A stretch of 63,998 nt of DNA, the filler included, from a bacterium (GTDB taxonomy: Bacteria; JALSQH01): NCBI GenBank assembly GCA_026985515.1. It is 8 parts of 8 records of this genome, joined end to end, with 100 filler letters (N's around TTAATTAATTAA, not from the genome) between each part and the next. Parts side by side here need not be neighbours in the genome. Positions count along the whole stretch, not along the records: positions 1 to 14,990 come from JALSQH010000088.1; 7 more parts are not named here. One strand, written 5' to 3'. Below the pieces are notes generated by a model that did not search any database, was not told the DNA's origin, and saw nothing but the letters and a program-made list of their open reading frames with translations. Positions within the stretch are counted from its first letter, which is position 1; each line of letters starts with the position of its first letter. The translations under genes were made by a program, and so were the position numbers. Positions 1-9,842 of this stretch are shown one piece after another.

Positions 1-1
1 A

Positions 2-424
2 AGGAGGTGGAGGGGGCGTCCCATCCACAGTTAATGTGAAAGTGGTTGAGTAGGTTCTGTTGTTATCTGTGGTCGTTGTGAGAATGAAAGGATACTTTCC
101 ATCCTGAAAATCAAAAATATATTTATCCCCGGTTTCAGTTGTAATGGAATTTGATGTTATGTAAAATCTGACTGTCACTCCTTCCTGGCAGGAAATATTT
201 TTCAAGGCCGCCTTTTCTTCAGTTCCATTTTTATATTTTAGAGTGTATCTCCCATCTGCAGGGGGTGTCCAGAAAATGTAAGCCTTTCCAGCAGGGATGT
301 TGGGGTTAATGTTTATAATAAGATCCTGAGGTGAAACATAGTCAAGTTTCAGAGGTTCATCTGCTACCAGGTTGAAGGAAAAGAGGAGGAGAAGTAAAAC
401 TCCTCCTCTACAGATATTTTTCAA
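2..424 (-). CDS. Secreted Ig-like/beta-sandwich protein, 5' part (runs off window edge; absent from ORF track)
   Basis: Manual translation from TTG at 424, overlapping the asd end, gives 141 open codons: MKNICRGGVLLLLLFSFNLVA-DEPLKLDYVSPQ...YSTTFTLTVDGTPPPPP. Signal-peptide-like N-terminus and a typical Ig-domain 'TVDxTPP' end. Confidence 0.7.
   Translation of the reverse strand, partial: MKNICRGGVLLLLLFSFNLVADEPLKLDYVSPQDLIININPNIPAGKAYIFWTPPADGRYTLKYKNGTEEKAALKNISCQEGVTVRFYITSNSITTETGDKYIFDFQDGKYPFILTTTTDNNRTYSTTFTLTVDGTPPPPP
382..409 (-). terminator. Possible terminator/attenuator hairpin at the asd stop
   Basis: Perfect 10-bp inverted repeat AGAGGAGGAG-N8-CTCCTCCTCT followed by only a short T run on the minus strand; lies inside the next coding frame. 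Confidence 0.35.
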
Positions 425-1433
425 TAAGAATTTCAGCAATTTGTATGGCATTAAGGGCTGCCCCCTTACGAATATTGTCCGCCACTATCCACATATTTAT
501 ACCGTTGGGTATGGAAAAATCTTCTCTGATTCTTCCCACAAAGACCTCATCTTTTCCTGCGGCATTAATGGCAAGTGGATAGATGTTGTTCTTCGGATCA
601 TCCTCAACCACTACTCCGGGAGCTTTTTTAAGGAGTTCCCTCACTTCATCTGGAGTGATTTTCTTTTCCGTTTCAATATTAACAGCTTCAGAGTGTCCGT
701 AGAAAACGGGTACTCTAACGCATGTTGCTGTTACCTGTATGGAGTCATCATGCATTATTTTCTTGGTTTCATTAACCATTTTCCACTCTTCTTTGGTATA
801 GCCATCGTCAAAAAATACGTCGATGTGGGGTAGTACATTGAAAGCTATTTGATGGGGGAAAACTTTTGGTTCAGTTGGACCCTTCCCGTTAAGTATACTT
901 ACTGTTTGCTCAAAGAGTTCATCCATTGCTTTTTTTCCTGCTCCGGAAGTAGCCTGATATGTTGCAACAACTATTCTTTTAATTTTTGCCACGTCATGGA
1001 TTGGTTTCAGAGGAACAACCATCTGGATGGTGGAGCAATTTGGATTTGCTATAATGTTTCTGTTCCTGTACATTGCTATGTCTTCAGGATTGACTTCTGG
1101 AACCACAAGAGGGATGTCCGGTTCCATTCTCCATGCACTTGAATTATCAATTACCACTGCTCCAGCCTCTGCCGCTATAGGGGCAAACTTTTTGCTTGTA
1201 CTTCCACCTGCGGAAAAAAGGGCGATTTCAATTCCCTTAAATGAGTCCTCTTTCAATTCTTCCACCATAATATCCTCACCCTTCCACTGGAGGAATGTAC
1301 CAGCTGACCTGCTTGAGGCAAGGAATTTTATGTTTTTTACGGGAAAATTTCTTTCCTGCAGAATACTGATAAATTCTCTCCCAACTGCCCCTGTTGCACC
1401 AACCACTGCTACATTGTAACCTTCCTTCTTCAT
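408..1433 (-). CDS. asd: Aspartate-semialdehyde dehydrogenase
   Basis: VAVVGATGAVG Rossmann motif, IIANPNCSTIQM catalytic Cys, DNIRKGAALNAIQIAE. Confidence 0.97.
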   Translation of the reverse strand: MKKEGYNVAVVGATGAVGREFISILQERNFPVKNIKFLASSRSAGTFLQWKGEDIMVEELKEDSFKGIEIALFSAGGSTSKKFAPIAAEAGAVVIDNSSAWRMEPDIPLVVPEVNPEDIAMYRNRNIIANPNCSTIQMVVPLKPIHDVAKIKRIVVATYQATSGAGKKAMDELFEQTVSILNGKGPTEPKVFPHQIAFNVLPHIDVFFDDGYTKEEWKMVNETKKIMHDDSIQVTATCVRVPVFYGHSEAVNIETEKKITPDEVRELLKKAPGVVVEDDPKNNIYPLAINAAGKDEVFVGRIREDFSIPNGINMWIVADNIRKGAALNAIQIAEILIEKYL

Positions 1434-1450
1434 TTTATAAAATCCTCCTT

Positions 1451-2539
1451 TTATGCCTTTAAAATATTTTCTAAGTTTGCGGCAATTATGTCACCCATTT
1501 TTTTTGTACCTACAACAGTGGTTCCTTCTTCATAAATATCCTGAGTTCTGTAGCCATCTTCAAGAGCCTTTTCCACCGCTTTTTCAATTGCCTCCGCTAT
1601 TTTATCCTGTTTGAAAGTGTATCTGTACATCATTGCCACAGAGAGAATTGTTGCAATAGGATTGGCTTTATCCTGGCCGGCAATATCGGGAGCACTCCCG
1701 TGTACCGGCTCATACATACCTCCTTTTTCACCAAGACTTGCTGAAGGTAGCATTCCTATTGATCCCGTCAACATGGATGCTTCGTCACTCAGGATGTCAC
1801 CAAACATGTTGCAGGTGAGGATAACATCAAATTGTCCGGGATTCCTGACAAGCTGCATTGCGCAGTTATCCACATACATGTGGTTAAGTTCCACATCGGG
1901 ATAATCCTTGTGGACTTCTTCCACAACGTTTCTCCAGAGTTCCGTGGCTTCGAGTACATTTGCTTTATCAACGCTTGTTACTTTTTTCCTTCTCTGTCGT
2001 GCAATTTCAAAGGCTATTTTTGCAATTCTCCTTATTTCATCCTCGGTATAGGCAAGGGTGTTAACCCCTTTTCTTCTGCCATCAGGCAGAGTTTCCACGC
2101 CCTTGGGTGTTGCAAAGTAGAGGCCGCCTGTCAATTCTCTGACCACTATGAGGTCAATATTTTTAATGACATCCTCTTTGAGCGTAGAGGCAGACAGGAG
2201 TTGGGGAAAAACCCTCGCTGGCCGAAGATTGGCAAACAATCCAAGTTCCTTTCTCAGGGCGAGCAGTGCTCTCTCGGGTCTGATTGAATAATCCAGAGGT
2301 TCCCATTTAGGTCCACCCACAGCTCCCAGCAGTACGGCGTCAGCGGAGAGTGCAAGTTGAAGATTCTCATCTGTTAGGGGAACACCATATCTGTCAATGG
2401 AGGCACCTCCAGCAATTCCCTCCCTTATCTCAAGCTGTACGTCGGTTAATTTATTTACAGTGTCAATAATTTTCCTGGCCTCTGCAACAACTTCCACTCC
2501 AATTCCGTCTCCCGGGAAAACAGCGACGGTATATCTCAT
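1451..2539 (-). CDS. leuB: 3-isopropylmalate dehydrogenase
   Basis: [43 protein letters not shown]. Confidence 0.97.
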   Translation of the reverse strand: MRYTVAVFPGDGIGVEVVAEARKIIDTVNKLTDVQLEIREGIAGGASIDRYGVPLTDENLQLALSADAVLLGAVGGPKWEPLDYSIRPERALLALRKELGLFANLRPARVFPQLLSASTLKEDVIKNIDLIVVRELTGGLYFATPKGVETLPDGRRKGVNTLAYTEDEIRRIAKIAFEIARQRRKKVTSVDKANVLEATELWRNVVEEVHKDYPDVELNHMYVDNCAMQLVRNPGQFDVILTCNMFGDILSDEASMLTGSIGMLPSASLGEKGGMYEPVHGSAPDIAGQDKANPIATILSVAMMYRYTFKQDKIAEAIEKAVEKALEDGYRTQDIYEEGTTVVGTKKMGDIIAANLENILKA

Positions 2540-3046
2540 CTATTTTCCTCCCAGGTTATATTTTTTCTTTATGTATTCCATCAGTCCTCCAGCTTCCAGA
2601 AGTTCCTCCATGAATGGTGGTATGGGATTGGCTTTGTAGGTGATTCCCGTTCGTGTATTTTTTATGGTACCAGCTTTGGTGTCTATTTCAATTATGTCTC
2701 CCTCTTCTATGCCATCCACAGCCTCCGGTGCTTCAAGAATGAGGAGTCCAGTGTTAAAAGAGTTTCTGTAGAAAATCCTTGCAAAGCTCTTAGCAATAAC
2801 TGCGGCAACACCCGCTGCTTTAATGGCTATGGGAGCGTGTTCCCTGCTTGACCCTGATCCAAAATTTTTTCCGGCAACAATTATGTCACCCTTGCTTACT
2901 TTTTTGGGAAAATCTGGATCTGCATCTTCCATGCAATGTTCTGCAAGTTTTTCAGGATCTGAGGTGTTGAGATATCTTGCAGGAATGATCCTGTCTGTAT
3001 CAATATCATCACCAAATTTCCAGACCTTACCTCTTATAATAGCCAT
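2540..3046 (-). CDS. leuD: 3-isopropylmalate dehydratase small subunit
   Basis: [32 protein letters not shown]; start reassigned to ATG 3046, just after the leuC stop. Confidence 0.93.
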   Translation of the reverse strand: MAIIRGKVWKFGDDIDTDRIIPARYLNTSDPEKLAEHCMEDADPDFPKKVSKGDIIVAGKNFGSGSSREHAPIAIKAAGVAAVIAKSFARIFYRNSFNTGLLILEAPEAVDGIEEGDIIEIDTKAGTIKNTRTGITYKANPIPPFMEELLEAGGLMEYIKKKYNLGGK

Positions 3047-3047
3047 T

Positions 3048-4322
3048 TTAATCTTCCCCCTGATAAACTTCATCTGGATGAGTTATCCTACCTGTTATAG
3101 CTGAGGCAGCAGCAACTGCCGGACTTGCAAGATAGACCTCACTTTCAGGATGTCCCATTCTTCCCACAAAATTCCTGTTGGTGGTTGCAAGTGCCCGTTC
3201 CCCTTTAGCAAGTACCCCCATGTGACCTCCAAGACACGGACCGCATGTGGGTGGTCCGATTACTGCTCCGGCCTCAGTTAAAATTTCAATGATGCCTTCC
3301 TTTAAAGCCTGTCTGTAAATTGTGGGTGTTGCAGGAATTACTATGAGTCTGAGATATTTCTTTTTCTTCTTTCCCTTAAGAATTTTTGCTGCTATTCTGA
3401 GATCTTCAAGTCTTCCATTTGTGCATGAGCCTATGAAGACCTGATCAATTTCGATATGGGAAACTTCCCTTACATTTTTAGTGTTTTCCGGGAGGTGAGG
3501 TAGAGCCACCTGTGGTTCGATTTCAGTAACATCTATGTCTATGACTTCACTGTATTTTGCATCACTGTCGCTGTAGTAGAGTTTGTAACTTCTCTTTGCT
3601 CTGTTTTTTATGAATTCGAGTGTAATTTCGTCTGGCGGAATAATTCCATTCTTGGCACCTGCTTCAACAGCCATATTGGCCATTGTAAATCTATCTGACA
3701 TGGGTAATTCTTCAATTACAGGCCCACGGAATTCCATTGCCTTGTAAAGCGCTCCATCTACACCAATTTTCCCAATGGTGTAAAGTATGAGGTCTTTCCC
3801 TGTTACCCATCTATTTCTTTTGCCATGATAGACAAATTTTATACTTTCAGGTACCCTTAACCATATTTCACCGGTTACCCACGCAGCAGCTAAATCTGTG
3901 CTTCCCACCCCTGTTGAAAAGGCGCCAAGTGCTCCATATGTGCATGTGTGACTGTCAGCACCTATTACCAGATCCCCGGGGAGAACTATTCCCTGCTCAG
4001 GAAGGAGAACATGTTCAATCCCCACTTCACCCAGTTCAAAGTAGTGGGTAATCCCATATTCCCGAGCAAAATCCCTGAGTATCTTGGCCTGAGTTGCTGA
4101 AAGGATGTCTTTGTTGGGAGTGAAATGATCAGGTACAAGTACAACCCTGTTTACATCAAAGACCTGTTTGGCTCCCAGTTCTTTAAATTTTCTTATTGCA
4201 ATGGGTGCTGTAACATCGTTACCCAGTGCAATATCCACTTTCACCGTGATGAGTTCACCTGGCTCAACGCTTTTCTTACCGGCGTGATCAGCAAGTATTT
4301 TTTCGGTAATTGTCATTCCCAT
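3048..4322 (-). CDS. leuC: 3-isopropylmalate dehydratase large subunit (LeuC type 2/HacA-like)
   Basis: [34 protein letters not shown] Fe-S cysteines; lies with leuD and leuB. Confidence 0.93.
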   Translation of the reverse strand: MGMTITEKILADHAGKKSVEPGELITVKVDIALGNDVTAPIAIRKFKELGAKQVFDVNRVVLVPDHFTPNKDILSATQAKILRDFAREYGITHYFELGEVGIEHVLLPEQGIVLPGDLVIGADSHTCTYGALGAFSTGVGSTDLAAAWVTGEIWLRVPESIKFVYHGKRNRWVTGKDLILYTIGKIGVDGALYKAMEFRGPVIEELPMSDRFTMANMAVEAGAKNGIIPPDEITLEFIKNRAKRSYKLYYSDSDAKYSEVIDIDVTEIEPQVALPHLPENTKNVREVSHIEIDQVFIGSCTNGRLEDLRIAAKILKGKKKKKYLRLIVIPATPTIYRQALKEGIIEILTEAGAVIGPPTCGPCLGGHMGVLAKGERALATTNRNFVGRMGHPESEVYLASPAVAAASAITGRITHPDEVYQGED

Positions 4323-4336
4323 TGTGCTTCTCCATG

Positions 4337-4813
4337 TTACCAGTTCTTCTTTTGATATTCTTTTATTTCCCTTTCCATTTCGCGTTTCATCTCTTTTTCT
4401 CTGATTATTTCTCTTTTGTCGTACTTCTTCCTGCCCTTAACAAGGGCAAGCTCGACCTTTATCTTACCATTTTTAACATATACTTTCAAAGGAACGAGAG
4501 TGAGACCTTTTGTTTTCAATTTACCGGCAAGTCTGTCTATTTCCCTTCTGTGAAGGAGAAGTTTCCTCCTTCTGTAAGGATCCACTCTGTCGTATGTGGA
4601 ATATTGATACGGTGGAATATGCGAATTGAGCAAAAAAACTTCTCCGTTATCGATTATTGCAAAAGAGTCCCTGATGTTTATGTGACCATTTTTTGCCGAT
4701 TTAACTTCACTTCCTTTAAGTTCTATACCAGCTTCGATTGTTTCGAGTATCTCGTAATTGTGATAGGCTTTTTTATTTACTGTCAGAACCTTTACTGAAT
4801 CGTTTCTGGTCAT
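4337..4813 (-). CDS. smpB: SsrA-binding protein
   Basis: [40 protein letters not shown]; start reassigned to ATG 4813. Confidence 0.96.
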   Translation of the reverse strand: MTRNDSVKVLTVNKKAYHNYEILETIEAGIELKGSEVKSAKNGHINIRDSFAIIDNGEVFLLNSHIPPYQYSTYDRVDPYRRRKLLLHRREIDRLAGKLKTKGLTLVPLKVYVKNGKIKVELALVKGRKKYDKREIIREKEMKREMEREIKEYQKKNW

Positions 4814-5417
4814 TTTCTCCTCCGGGCGTGTAGATTCCACCCGAAATGATGAATGAAAATGCATCATCAATGCTGATGTCAAGAGGAATCAACTCCTCTT
4901 CGGGTGCAAGAATTACGAAGCCGCTTGTTGGATTTGGTGAAGTTGGTATAAAGAGGGTAACTAAGTTATCCTTTTCCCCATTTTTGATAAAATTTTTTTC
5001 TGATGTGACAAAACCTATGGCAAATATGCCCTTTCTCGGATACTCAATTGCAACCACTTTGAGAAATCTGCTTCTGTCAATTACTGTTATATTCTGGGTG
5101 ATTTTTTTTATGCTTGTGTAAATTCCCCGTATTCCGGGTATTTTCTGGAGGAATTGCTCCCAGTAGAAAAGCAGTTTTTTGCCGAAGTATCTGTTTGAGA
5201 AGAATCCTATAAGGTAGATGATGATAAATGCCAGAAGCAATCCAAGGCCAGGTATTTCAGGAATTCCTTTAAATGGAATGAGAATTTTGAGAAGTTTGTT
5301 GGAAAATTTTATCAGAATGTAAAGCACATAAATTGTGCCGATAAATGGCAGGAGAAGCAACAGTCCTGTTATAAAGTTTTGTTTAATGTGAAGTGAAAAG
5401 CTGTTTTTTTCCTTCAT
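4773..5417 (-). CDS. DUF502 family membrane protein
   Basis: FITGLLLLLP, two TM segments, EYPRKGI, FIPTSPNPTSGF signature. Confidence 0.88.
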   Translation of the reverse strand: MKEKNSFSLHIKQNFITGLLLLLPFIGTIYVLYILIKFSNKLLKILIPFKGIPEIPGLGLLLAFIIIYLIGFFSNRYFGKKLLFYWEQFLQKIPGIRGIYTSIKKITQNITVIDRSRFLKVVAIEYPRKGIFAIGFVTSEKNFIKNGEKDNLVTLFIPTSPNPTSGFVILAPEEELIPLDISIDDAFSFIISGGIYTPGGENDQKRFSKGSDSK

Positions 5418-5435
5418 ATCCCCCTCTATTTGAGC

Positions 5436-5481
5436 AAAATAAAAGGGGGAATGTTCCCCTCCAGGAATTCCCCCTTATTTT
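5436..5481 (-). terminator. Rho-independent terminator after panD
   Basis: Minus strand AAGGGGGAAT...ATTCCCCCTT stem followed by TTATTTT. Confidence 0.65.
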
Positions 5482-5503
5482 AGCTGGAGATGAACAGAAG
5501 CAC

Positions 5504-5878
5504 TTATACCAGTTGCGGACCTTTAATTTCTTTTATCCTGTTGTTTTCATCTACAAGGACAATTGTGGGAACATGATTTCTTGCTTCTTCCTCACTCATT
5601 GTGACATAGCAGGCAATTATGATAAGATCACCAACAGCAACTTTCCTCGCTGCAGCTCCATTGAGGCAGATTGTCCCACTTCCTCTTTCTCCTTCAATTA
5701 CATAAGTTGAGAATCTTTCTCCATTCGTTATGTTGTAAATGTCAACTTTTTCATAGGGAAGCAATCCTGCAGCATCCATAAGGTTTCTGTCTATGGTTAT
5801 ACTCCCTTCATAGTTGAGGTCGGCTTCTGTAACCTTCGCTCTGTGAATTTTGGATTTGAGAATGATCCTTTCCATCAA
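5504..5878 (-). CDS. panD: Aspartate 1-decarboxylase
   Basis: [17 protein letters not shown] autocleavage site, [15 protein letters not shown]. Confidence 0.97.
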   Translation of the reverse strand: MMERIILKSKIHRAKVTEADLNYEGSITIDRNLMDAAGLLPYEKVDIYNITNGERFSTYVIEGERGSGTICLNGAAARKVAVGDLIIIACYVTMSEEEARNHVPTIVLVDENNRIKEIKGPQLV

Positions 5879-5888
5879 AAATCCTCCT

Positions 5889-6737
5889 TTAGGGTTTAAG
5901 GATAGTGTTGTCTATCAGTCTTGCCTGACCAACCCAGACCGCAAGGGCAAGAAGAGCTCCGCTCTCTGGAAGTTCATCAATTGTTACGAGAGTTTCAGGA
6001 TCAGTTGTTTCAACATAATCTATCTTTGTATGGGGATATTTTTCTATAAATCTTTTGACTTCTTCTCTTATCTTTTTCAGATTCCTCTCTCCTTTTTTCA
6101 CCATCTCTTCGGCGATTCTGAGAGCTCTGTTTAAACTGAGGGCAGATTCTCTTTCCTCTGGAGAAAGGTATTTGTTCCTTGAACTCATTGCGAGACCATC
6201 TTTTTCCCTCACTATTGGCATTCCAATAATTTTCACCGGGAAATTCAGGTCCCTTACCATTCTCTCAATAATTTTCAACTGCTGGTAATCCTTCTTTCCA
6301 AATATGGCAATATCTGGTTGAACTATGTTAAAGAGTTTTGTAACCACAGTGGTAACACCTCTGAAGTGCCCCGGCCTGCTTTTTCCGCAGAGATACTTTG
6401 AGAGTTCTGTTACTTCAACAAATGTCTGATAACCCTCAGGGTACATATCCTTCATTTCAGGATAAAAAATATAATCAACCCCTTCTTTTTCACACAGCTT
6501 CTTATCCCGCTCAAAATCTCTTGGATATCTATCGAGGTCTTCATTGGGTCCAAACTGGGTGGGATTTACAAAGATACTGACAACCAGAATATCACCTCTT
6601 TTTCTACCTTCTCTTATGAGACTCAAATGACCCTCATGCAGGTATCCCATGGTTGGAACAAATGCTATTTTTTCTCCTTTAAGTCTGTGCTGAAAAATTA
6701 TCTTCTGCATTTCTTCTGGTTTCTGGACTATCTTCAT
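5889..6737 (-). CDS. panC: Pantoate--beta-alanine ligase
   Basis: [40 protein letters not shown]. Confidence 0.97.
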   Translation of the reverse strand: MKIVQKPEEMQKIIFQHRLKGEKIAFVPTMGYLHEGHLSLIREGRKRGDILVVSIFVNPTQFGPNEDLDRYPRDFERDKKLCEKEGVDYIFYPEMKDMYPEGYQTFVEVTELSKYLCGKSRPGHFRGVTTVVTKLFNIVQPDIAIFGKKDYQQLKIIERMVRDLNFPVKIIGMPIVREKDGLAMSSRNKYLSPEERESALSLNRALRIAEEMVKKGERNLKKIREEVKRFIEKYPHTKIDYVETTDPETLVTIDELPESGALLALAVWVGQARLIDNTILKP

Positions 6738-6740
6738 CTT

Positions 6741-7544
6741 TCATCCCTCAAATGAGTGGTTTTCATCCGGGAAGATTTCCTCTTTTACTTCCTTTATATA
6801 CATACCCACTGCTTCGGTAATGAGTGTGTGCAGATCAGCGTATTTTTTCAAAAATCTGGGATTGAATTCCTTATCCATTCCAAGTAAATCGTAAATCACA
6901 AGTATCTGCCCATCGGTGTATTTTCCTGCACCTATACCAATTGTTGGAATAGATATGCTTTCTGTAATCTTCTTTGCAAGAGGCCAGGGGATACTCTCCA
7001 GTACAAGAGCATAGGCACCTGCTTCTTCAATTGCTTTTGCAGATTCGAGAAGATACCTGGCCTGTTCCTCATCCCTTCCCTGAACCCTGTATCCACCAAA
7101 TTTATGAACTGATTGGGGTGTTAATCCTATATGCCCCATAACCGGGATTCCTGCCGAGGTTATTTTCCTGATGGTTTCGGCCCTTTCAACTCCTCCCTCA
7201 AGCTTGACTGCTTCAGCAAATCCTTCTTTTATGAGCCTGCCGGCACTCTCAAGAGCCTGTTCGGGAGAGATCTGATAACTCATAAAGGGCATGTCTGCTA
7301 CAAGATGAGCTCTTTTTATACCTCTTGATACAGCCCGGGTGTGATAAATAACATCTTCCAGGGTTACCTGAAGGGTTGTTTCTCTTCCCTGTATGACCAT
7401 TCCGAGGGAATCACCTACAAGGATAACCTCCACTCCGGCTTCATCAAGGATTCTTGCAAAGGTGGCATCGTATGCTGTTAGAGCTGTAATTTTCTCCCCC
7501 TTCTTTTTCATTTCTTTGAGGTAGGGGGCTGTAATCTTCTTCAT
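6741..7544 (-). CDS. panB: 3-methyl-2-oxobutanoate hydroxymethyltransferase
   Basis: [37 protein letters not shown]. Confidence 0.97.
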   Translation of the reverse strand: MKKITAPYLKEMKKKGEKITALTAYDATFARILDEAGVEVILVGDSLGMVIQGRETTLQVTLEDVIYHTRAVSRGIKRAHLVADMPFMSYQISPEQALESAGRLIKEGFAEAVKLEGGVERAETIRKITSAGIPVMGHIGLTPQSVHKFGGYRVQGRDEEQARYLLESAKAIEEAGAYALVLESIPWPLAKKITESISIPTIGIGAGKYTDGQILVIYDLLGMDKEFNPRFLKKYADLHTLITEAVGMYIKEVKEEIFPDENHSFEG

Positions 7545-7555
7545 CTTCCATCTCC

Positions 7556-7586
7556 AATAAAAAAGGCCTTCCGAACCGGAAGGCCT
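7556..7586 (-). terminator. Intrinsic terminator in the panB leader (attenuator)
   Basis: Minus strand AGGCCTTCCG-GTT-CGGAAGGCCT followed by TTTTTATT, about 12 nt before the panB ATG. Confidence 0.88.
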
Positions 7587-7604
7587 GGATTTTCCTCCTC
7601 CAAA

Positions 7605-7636
7605 CCGTCCCGGTCCGGAATTACCGGATCCAGGCG
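7605..7636 (-). ncRNA. pan RNA motif-like cis-regulatory hairpin
   Basis: Minus strand CGCCTGGATCCGG-TAATT-CCGGACCGGGACGG folds into a stem with two bulged adenosines in the panBCD 5' UTR, matching the described pan motif from memory; no covariance search run. Confidence 0.7.
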
Positions 7637-7649
7637 TATGTCAATTATA

Positions 7650-7677
7650 AGTTTATATGTTTTTTCTTTTGTGTCAA
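7650..7677 (-). promoter_or_regulatory. Putative sigma70 promoter for panBCD
   Basis: TTGACA-N16-TAAACT, with an additional TATAAT at 7644-7649. Confidence 0.5.
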
Positions 7678-7786
7678 GGGATTAAATGAATCAATAATAT
7701 TCAATACAAAAAACCAAAAAGATAAAGCGGGATTACTCCTTTTTCTCCGTAAAGAATATCATCTTTTCGACAAAAGCAGGTTGTTC

Positions 7787-7816
7787 TTGACACACAATTG
7801 AGAATATGTTTAAATT
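7787..7816 (+). promoter_or_regulatory. Putative sigma70 promoter for trpB2
   Basis: TTGACA followed 17-18 nt later by TTAAAT/TAAATT. Confidence 0.45.
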
Positions 7817-7850
7817 ACTTTCAAAATGCAAACATCCAGGAGGTCGAAAG

Positions 7851-9206
7851 ATGGATATTAAAATTACTCTACCTGAAAAGGAAATTCCTTCTCAGTGGTA
7901 TAACATTCTGGCAGATCTTCCATCTCCTTTACCACCTCCCCTTCATCCAGTTACAAAGAAGCCGGTTGGACCGGAGGATCTTTCACCGATTTTTCCGATG
8001 GCGCTTATTGAACAGGAAGTGAGTACGCAGAGATGGATAGATATTCCCGAAGAGGTCAGAGAAATATACAGGCTATGGAGACCCACACCACTGATCAGAG
8101 CAAGAAGACTTGAGGAGTATCTTGGTACCCCTGCTCACATTTATTACAAGTATGAGGGTGCAAGTCCACCGGGGAGTCACAAGCCCAATACCGCCGTTGC
8201 CCAGGCTTATTACAATAAGAAGGAAGGTGTTAAGAGATTGACCACAGAGACAGGTGCCGGTCAGTGGGGAAGTGCTCTTGCCTTTGCAGGAAGGATGTTT
8301 GGTCTTGAAGTGGTGGTGTATATGGTAAAGGTAAGTTATCATCAGAAGCCATACAGAAGAGTAATGATTGAAACCTGGGGTGCCAATGTTTATCCCAGCC
8401 CAACCAACAGAACAGAGGCTGGAAGAAAAATTCTTGAAGCGGACCCTGATAATCCTGGTTCCCTTGGTATTGCAATAAGTGAAGCTGTGGAGGATGCTGT
8501 AAGTAGAGAAGATACAAAATATGCTCTTGGAAGCGTTTTGAATCATGTTTTGATGCATCAGACTGTAATTGGGCTTGAGGCCAAAAAGCAGTTTGAAATA
8601 GTGGGAGAGTATCCTGATGTTGTTATAGCACCCTGTGGAGGAGGAAGCAATCTTGGTGGGATCTCTTTTCCATTTCTGGCAGACAAGTTTGCTGGCAGAG
8701 AAGTTAGAGTAATCGCAGCTGAACCAACTTCATGTCCAACACTCACAAAGGGAGTGTACACATACGATTATGGTGATGTTGCTCAGATGACACCCCTTAT
8801 GAAAATGTACACTTTAGGCCATGATTTCATTCCTCCTGGAATACACGCGGGGGGACTCAGGTATCATGGAGATTCTCCCATTATCAGCCTCTTTGTTAAG
8901 GAGGGATTGATGGAAGCTGTGGCTCTTCCGCAGACTAAGGTGTTTGAAGCGGCAATAACCTTCGCAAGAACAGAGGGTATGATTCCTGCTCCTGAAACAA
9001 ATCATGCAATTGCTGCTGCCATTGATGAAGCTCTGAAAGCAAAGGAAGAAGGCAAAGAAAAGGTGATTCTCTTTAATTTTTCCGGACATGGTCTCCTTGA
9101 TCTGGCTGCTTATGATGCTTATCTTTCCGGTAAACTTGAGGATTACGATTATCCTGAAGAGAAAGTTAAGGAAGCCCTTGAAAGATTGCCAAAAGTTGAA
9201 GAATAG
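7851..9206 (+). CDS. trpB2: TrpB-like PLP enzyme (tryptophan synthase beta chain 2, TrpB2)
   Basis: [18 protein letters not shown] (PLP Lys), [26 protein letters not shown]; start reassigned to ATG 7851 after GGAGG. Confidence 0.95.
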   Translation: MDIKITLPEKEIPSQWYNILADLPSPLPPPLHPVTKKPVGPEDLSPIFPMALIEQEVSTQRWIDIPEEVREIYRLWRPTPLIRARRLEEYLGTPAHIYYKYEGASPPGSHKPNTAVAQAYYNKKEGVKRLTTETGAGQWGSALAFAGRMFGLEVVVYMVKVSYHQKPYRRVMIETWGANVYPSPTNRTEAGRKILEADPDNPGSLGIAISEAVEDAVSREDTKYALGSVLNHVLMHQTVIGLEAKKQFEIVGEYPDVVIAPCGGGSNLGGISFPFLADKFAGREVRVIAAEPTSCPTLTKGVYTYDYGDVAQMTPLMKMYTLGHDFIPPGIHAGGLRYHGDSPIISLFVKEGLMEAVALPQTKVFEAAITFARTEGMIPAPETNHAIAAAIDEALKAKEEGKEKVILFNFSGHGLLDLAAYDAYLSGKLEDYDYPEEKVKEALERLPKVEE

Positions 9207-9228
9207 GGAGGTTTTTCCTCCCTTTTTT
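9205..9228 (+). terminator. Rho-independent terminator after trpB2
   Basis: AGGGAGG-TTTTT-CCTCCCT followed by TTTTT. Confidence 0.8.
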
Positions 9229-9251
9229 CAATTTCGTAAGGGGAATCAATT

Positions 9252-9821
9252 ATGGTACCGCTGGGTATAATACCACCTGCAAGGCCATACATTGCGGAGG
9301 CTGAGACATTTTTTGAGTTTCAAATGTTTCCTGATGTTGATCAGGCGGTTAAGGCACTTGAGAGGAAGGTTGTGGATGGAATAATAATTGACAGAAGGTT
9401 GTATCCATCTGAGATTCCCCCCGAGTGGAAGGAGGTAATTTTAATAGATTCTTTTACTCTTGTTAAGTTCAAAGATGAAGCGGTAATAAGATATGAGGAT
9501 CTTTCCCATGTGCGTGTGAATGCATATGTAGAAGATGAAGGTATTGAGGAAATTTTAAAAGAACTTTTACCGGATCCGGATATGGTATTTTTTCATGGTG
9601 ATCTTGAAAGAGCTTGCAGTTTTGCTTTTGCCAATGATGAGCCGGTGCTAATAAGGTGGAGTGATTTTCACAGGATGAATTTTAAGTTGCTCATTCCTGT
9701 GGATGAAAATCACAGAAGGATTCAGAAGTTCAGAACCCCGGTGCTTTACTATGATAACCTGACTGATGAAGAAGTGAAGATTTTGAGAGACATAATAAGA
9801 AAACCTTCTCAGTCTCTTTGA
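9252..9821 (+). CDS. Hypothetical protein
   Basis: 189-aa ORF with AAGGGG RBS, filling the intergenic space; no confident family. Confidence 0.7.
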   Translation: MVPLGIIPPARPYIAEAETFFEFQMFPDVDQAVKALERKVVDGIIIDRRLYPSEIPPEWKEVILIDSFTLVKFKDEAVIRYEDLSHVRVNAYVEDEGIEEILKELLPDPDMVFFHGDLERACSFAFANDEPVLIRWSDFHRMNFKLLIPVDENHRRIQKFRTPVLYYDNLTDEEVKILRDIIRKPSQSL

Positions 9822-9825
9822 TTCC

Positions 9826-9834
9826 TGCTATAAT
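9826..9834 (+). promoter_or_regulatory. Extended -10 promoter (likely leaderless transcript)
   Basis: TGCTATAAT 8 nt upstream of ATG 9843; no Shine-Dalgarno sequence. Confidence 0.55.
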
Positions 9835-9842
9835 ATTGTATC

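Noticed and set aside
4337-4813. tmRNA gene or integrated element next to smpB
   Set aside because: smpB is tightly flanked by leuC and DUF502, leaving no room; no tRNA, rRNA or integrase was recognised anywhere in the window.
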